NCBI GenBank assembly: GCA_000438415.1
Contig: FR902240.1
Location: 52,307 to 116,306, forward strand
Length of the DNA stretch: 64,000 nucleotides
Direction: 5' to 3'
Origin: Clostridium sp. CAG:628
GTDB lineage: Bacteria; Bacillota_I; Bacilli_A; RF39; UBA660
The notes under the pieces were generated by a model. It was not told where the DNA came from. It did not search any database and saw nothing but the letters and a program-made list of their open reading frames with translations. Positions 59,985 through 64,000 of this stretch are shown here, one piece after another. The first letter of the stretch is position 1; each line of letters opens with the position of its first letter. Position numbers and translations under genes: made by a program.

Positions 59985-62114
59985 TTGAAGAAAACAAGAA
60001 CTGTAAAAATTAGTAAATATTTTTTACTTGTTGTTGTTTTTTTGTTTGGTCTTATAATTTTAAAACTTAGTTATATTGTATTAAGTCCTAAAGTAGATGG
60101 TATTAGTTTAAGTGAGTTTGCATCTAATAGGAATACTGTTAAAGAAACTATAGTAGCACCTAGAGGAACAATATATGATAGTTTAGGAAATACTCTTGCA
60201 GTTAATGTTAACTCTTATACAGTTATAGCATATTTAAGTGAATCTAGAGAAGACGATAGGGTTAAAGATAAAGAAGGTACTGCTAAAGCACTTAGTCCTC
60301 TTATTAATATGACTGAAGAGAGTATTCTTAGTTTACTTAATATTGAAGGAGTTTATCAAGTGGAACTTGGACCTGGTGGAAGAGGTATTACTGAATTAGT
60401 AAAGGAAAATATTGAAAAACTTAATTTACCTGGAATAGATTTTATTAAAAGTGTAAAGAGGTATTATCCTAATAGAAATTTTCTTAGTTATACTTTAGGT
60501 TATGCTAAAACTAATGATGATGGGGAAATTGTTGGAGAGATGGGACTTGAAAGACAATATAATAAAGATTTAACTGGTATTAATGGGTCAAGAACTTTTG
60601 AAAGTGATATATATGGTTATAAGATAGCGAATACTAATGAAGAAGTGATAGAAGCTAAGAATGGAAAGGATATTTATTTAACAATAGATACAAATATTCA
60701 GATGTTTACTGAACAAGCAATGAAAACATTAGAAACAGCAAGTTCTATGGAATGGGCTAGTATAAGTGTTGTTAATGCTAAAACCGGGGAAATTCTTGGA
60801 ATCAGTTCTAATCCTAGTTTTGATCCTAATATAAAAAATATAACTAGTTATTATGATCCTTTTATTAGTTATACTTATGAACCTGGTAGTACTATGAAAA
60901 CATTTAGTTTTATGGCTGCAATTGAAAATGGCTTATATGATGGAGAAGAAAAATATAATTCTGGAAGTATTAAAGTAGGAGAATATACTATAAAAGACTG
61001 GAATAAGACTGGATGGGGTAGTATTAGTTTTAATGAAGGATTTTATGGAAGTTCGAATGTTGCTGCAACTCTTCTTAGTCAAAGGTTAGGAAGAGATAAG
61101 TTAAAAGATTTTTATAGAAGTTTAGGTTTTGGTAAGAAGACTGGAATTGATTTACCTAATGAACAAAGTGGTAAGATAGACTTTAATTATGATATAGAAG
61201 TTGCTAATGCTAGTTTTGGACAAGGTATGAGTATTACTGCTATTCAAATGGTACAGGCTATGACTAGTATTAGTAATGGTGGGGAAGTAATAAAGCCTTA
61301 TATAGTTAAAAAGATAGTAGACTCTAATACAAAAGAAGTTTTAGTTGAAAATAAAAGAACTGTTGTTAAGAGAGTTGCTAGTAAAGAGACTGTTAATCAA
61401 GTTAGAGATTTACTTGATGGGGTAGTTAATAATTTGCAGTCTATTACAGCAAGTGGGCATAGGTATAGAACTGATAAAGTTAGGACTATTGGTAAAACTG
61501 GTACTGCTGAAATTGCTGGAGATGGTGGATATTTAACTGGTAGTATAAACTATGTAAGAAGTTTTGCTGGAATGTTTCCATATGAAGATCCTCAAATTAT
61601 TGTGTATGTTGTTGCAAGTAAGATAAGTGATAATTTATTAATTGCTAAAGCAACTAAACAACTAGTGGAAGATACTAGTACATATTTAGGAATAGTTAGT
61701 AGTGAAGTTTCTCCAACAGGTGATAATTATATACTTAAAAGTTATGTTAATAGAGATGTAGTTAGTTCTATAGAAGAGTTAAAAAGTATTAATTCTAATG
61801 TTATTTTAATAGGAGATGGTACTAAAGTAATTAGTCAGTATCCTAAAAAAGGAACAATTATTAATTCTAATGATAAAGTATTTTTGGTAACAAATGGTAC
61901 TAATTATAAATATACTAATATTGAAGGATTTTCTAGAAGTGACTTAGATGTGTATTCAAAGTTACTTGGTGTTAACTTTAACTATAATGGTTATGGATAT
62001 GCATTTGGTACTAATTTAAAAGGAAGAGATGTTGTTAAAGGAGAAACTATTGATATTAATTTAAAAGTAAAATATTTAGAAGTAGAAGATAATTCGACAA
62101 ATAGTGACTTGTAA
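59985..62114 (+). CDS. Class B penicillin-binding protein (FtsI/PBP2B/SpoVD-like) with C-terminal PASTA domains
   Basis: Transpeptidase motifs STMKTF (SxxK), SSN and KTGTA, plus two PASTA-like repeats at the C-terminus. TTG start at 59985 after AAGGAAGGTG; the in-frame GTG at 59976 lies within the RBS. Confidence 0.8.
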   Translation: MKKTRTVKISKYFLLVVVFLFGLIILKLSYIVLSPKVDGISLSEFASNRNTVKETIVAPRGTIYDSLGNTLAVNVNSYTVIAYLSESREDDRVKDKEGTAKALSPLINMTEESILSLLNIEGVYQVELGPGGRGITELVKENIEKLNLPGIDFIKSVKRYYPNRNFLSYTLGYAKTNDDGEIVGEMGLERQYNKDLTGINGSRTFESDIYGYKIANTNEEVIEAKNGKDIYLTIDTNIQMFTEQAMKTLETASSMEWASISVVNAKTGEILGISSNPSFDPNIKNITSYYDPFISYTYEPGSTMKTFSFMAAIENGLYDGEEKYNSGSIKVGEYTIKDWNKTGWGSISFNEGFYGSSNVAATLLSQRLGRDKLKDFYRSLGFGKKTGIDLPNEQSGKIDFNYDIEVANASFGQGMSITAIQMVQAMTSISNGGEVIKPYIVKKIVDSNTKEVLVENKRTVVKRVASKETVNQVRDLLDGVVNNLQSITASGHRYRTDKVRTIGKTGTAEIAGDGGYLTGSINYVRSFAGMFPYEDPQIIVYVVASKISDNLLIAKATKQLVEDTSTYLGIVSSEVSPTGDNYILKSYVNRDVVSSIEELKSINSNVILIGDGTKVISQYPKKGTIINSNDKVFLVTNGTNYKYTNIEGFSRSDLDVYSKLLGVNFNYNGYGYAFGTNLKGRDVVKGETIDINLKVKYLEVEDNSTNSDL

Positions 62115-62141
62115 ATATAGTATACTCTTAATGGTGATGTT

Positions 62142-62564
62142 ATGAGAGTGTACTATATTTTTTTAATTAAGAAAAGTGTTTATGATATAACTAAGAATAA
62201 TCCTGAAAAGTTATATAAGACTTTAGAAAATATTTATTTACTTGATAAAGAAGATATGTATTTAGGATATAAGATGTTTGATAAAATATGTAAATGTTTA
62301 CCTAAAAATAATTTTAATAAATTAGTAAGAGATACTAATATAGAGAATTTATGTTATTCAAATAATAAGAATACTCATGTTATTAATGATTTTTTAAATA
62401 ATGAAGTTACTAAAATGATTATTAAGAATAGTCATATAGTTGTTAAGAGTAATAGTATTTATCCAACACTTTTTAATAGTATTAAAAGTATTCCTAATTT
62501 GTTTGTATGTGATTTTGTTAATATGGATTATTTCTATTTAAAGAAGGTTAATTATATAAGATAG
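62142..62564 (+). CDS. Hypothetical protein (140 aa)
   Basis: ORF; no motif recognised. Confidence 0.3.
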   Translation: MRVYYIFLIKKSVYDITKNNPEKLYKTLENIYLLDKEDMYLGYKMFDKICKCLPKNNFNKLVRDTNIENLCYSNNKNTHVINDFLNNEVTKMIIKNSHIVVKSNSIYPTLFNSIKSIPNLFVCDFVNMDYFYLKKVNYIR

Positions 62565-62612
62565 TTGTATTTTGTTTAAAAATTTTATATAATGTTATTA
62601 GGAGGCGTAGAA

Positions 62613-62822
62613 ATGATTTGGGATATATTATATGTTCTAATAGGACTTATTGTAGGAATTATTGTTGGTTTTTTAATAGCGAGAAAAGTTATGACTAAAG
62701 AATTAAAGAAAAATCCACCAATTAATGAAGAAATGATTAAAACTTTAATGAAAGGGATGGGAAGAACTCCTAATCAAAAACAAGTTAATCAATTAATGAA
62801 ACAAATGAGCAAATTTAATTAG
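62613..62822 (+). CDS. UPF0154 / YneF-family small membrane protein
   Basis: [65 protein letters not shown] matches the YneF pattern (FxARK...L..NPP.NE.M....M.QMG.KPS.K..NQMMK.M). TAGGAGG RBS. Confidence 0.6.
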   Translation: MIWDILYVLIGLIVGIIVGFLIARKVMTKELKKNPPINEEMIKTLMKGMGRTPNQKQVNQLMKQMSKFN

Positions 62823-62848
62823 TTTGCTTAATTTTTTAGGAGGAAATA

Positions 62849-62944
62849 TGTTAAAAGAAGTATTAAGTGATTTACGTGAGTATTATTTAAATGAAGAGTA
62901 TTATGTTAACAAGGTTAAAGAATTAATTTTTGGTATTAAATAAA
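62849..62944 (+). CDS. Small ORF (31 aa) with a strong RBS; function unknown
   Basis: AGGAGGAAAT-ATG; MLKEVLSDLREYYLNEEYYVNKVKELIFGIK. Confidence 0.25.
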
Positions 62945-62991
62945 GTACTTGATATTATGTATAAAATTTGGTATAATTTTATATGTGTAAT

Positions 62992-63344
62992 GGGGCTGTA
63001 TTGATTCGACAGAGTAGTTGTACGTATGGATACAAGTAGTAGGCGTACTTAAAACGCAAAATAAAATAATCGGAAACGATTTTAATTTTGCTCCTAGTTT
63101 TGCCTAATTAATGGTACTGGAGGTTCAGTTTATTCTTTGTCCATGAGAATAAGTGCTGGACTCATAAAAATGGACTATACTATATAATTGTTTAGGTTAT
63201 ATAATGAAATTATTCTAAACTTATGCTAGTACTGGAATGTTGGCTCTCCATGGTACTAGATGAAAATTTAAACCAACTAAACTTGTAAAAACGTCTGTAT
63301 GGTTGATGCTTTGGACACGAAGTCGCACTTCGTCAGCTCCACCA
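62992..63344 (+). ncRNA. ssrA: tmRNA (SsrA), with a predicted tag peptide (A)GNDFNFAPSFA
   Basis: The 5' end GGGGCTGTATTGATTCGACAGAGTAG matches GGGGGCGTTACGGATTCGACAGGGATAG of B. subtilis. The acceptor stem has a G3:U70 pair and ends ...CAGCTCC-A-CCA. The tag frame GGA AAC GAT TTT AAT TTT GCT CCT AGT TTT GCC TAA follows AACGCAAAATAAAATAATC. TTGATA-17-TATAAT promoter at 62951..62977. A terminator follows. Confidence 0.8.
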
Positions 63345-63357
63345 AAAATAGTAAGTT

Positions 63358-63380
63358 ATCCCCTTTAATGGGGTTTTATT
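63358..63380 (+). terminator. Terminator after tmRNA (CCCC-tttaat-GGGG plus T-run)
   Basis: Hairpin followed by TTTTATT. Confidence 0.5.
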
Positions 63381-63435
63381 ATACATTTAATTTACAAAGT
63401 AAAACATATTGGAAGTAATATGTGGTATACTTATA

Positions 63436-64000
63436 ATGGATGGTGATATTGTGAAAGTTATAGTAACTGCTGGAGGAACTGGAGGACATATTTATCCTGC
63501 TTTAAGTGTTATTGAAAAAATATTAAGTGAAAAAGGTAATGAAGTATTATATATTGGTACTAAAAATAGAATGGAAAGTAAGTTAATTCCTGAAAAAGGT
63601 ATTCCTTATGTTGGACTTGATATTTATGGTTTATCTAAAACTAATATACCAAGAGATATTAAGAATATTTATTTAGTAATGAATTCATATAGTAAGTGTA
63701 AAAAAATTATGAAGGAGTTTAAACCAGATTATGTTATAGGTTTTGGAGGGTATGTGACTTTGCCTGTTTTACTTGCTGCTCATAAGTATAAAATTAGATG
63801 TGCTATACATGAACAAAATAAACTTCCTGGTAAAACTAATAGATTTCTAAGTAAATATGTTGATACTACTTTTGTTTCTTTTGATGAAAATAATAATTAT
63901 TTTAAAAATGAAGTTATATTAAGTGGTAATCCATGTGGGGAAAAGGCTATTACTACAAAAAAAGTTGATAAGACTACATTAGGTTTTGATAAAAATAAGA
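63436..64000 (+). CDS. murG: UDP-N-acetylglucosamine--LPS... i.e. lipid II synthase MurG (5' part; runs off window end)
   Basis: MDGDIVKVIVTAGGTGGHIYPALSV... is the N-terminal G-loop of MurG glycosyltransferases. Confidence 0.8.
   Translation, partial: MDGDIVKVIVTAGGTGGHIYPALSVIEKILSEKGNEVLYIGTKNRMESKLIPEKGIPYVGLDIYGLSKTNIPRDIKNIYLVMNSYSKCKKIMKEFKPDYVIGFGGYVTLPVLLAAHKYKIRCAIHEQNKLPGKTNRFLSKYVDTTFVSFDENNNYFKNEVILSGNPCGEKAITTKKVDKTTLGFDKNK

Overview
This is a chromosomal segment from a low-GC Firmicute. The window is roughly 28-30% GC overall and uses the standard genetic code. A tmRNA tag ending in ...FA, plus YjcZ-like, YetF-like (DUF421) and sipW/tasA-like genes, suggest an Erysipelotrichia or clostridial spore-former related to Mollicutes. 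Most of the + strand carries a housekeeping backbone. In order, it holds a partial rsmE, mtaB, a T-box-regulated aspS, the infC-rpmI-rplT operon, eno-secG, rplS-lepB and rbgA. These are followed by def, thyA-folA, a SEDS FtsW/RodA-like gene, mutS, rnhC, cvpA and trx. Next come queA and tgt, an Xfp phosphoketolase, a Ca-ATPase with a Ca/Na exchanger, typA and queH. The window ends with rpsB-tsf, mraZ-rsmH-ftsL-pbp, tmRNA and a partial murG. Several accessory or unusual loci interrupt this backbone. First, a P-loop kinase / NDT-like / tag / GNAT / RhuM-fragment / RelE-fragment / KilA-N cluster is wedged between lepB and rbgA. Second, a RhuM-Doc fusion sits between queA and tgt. Third, an orphan 5'-truncated 23S fragment, a 5S rRNA and tRNA-His are fused to a degenerate copy of a ~160-bp repeat. 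The intact copy of that repeat sits between sipW and a tasA/camelysin-like gene. Fourth, a holin-like gene plus an M23 peptidase lie next to tRNA-His. Fifth, a sipW - small ORF - tasA-like locus carries a 40-bp frame-breaking tandem duplication in the tasA-like gene, which also has a GC-rich DUF6273-like 3' module. Sixth, tandem paralogous HExxH proteins of unknown function are present. Seventh, L20 and S2 both carry the same Rho-N-like C-terminal extension. No CRISPR array was seen.
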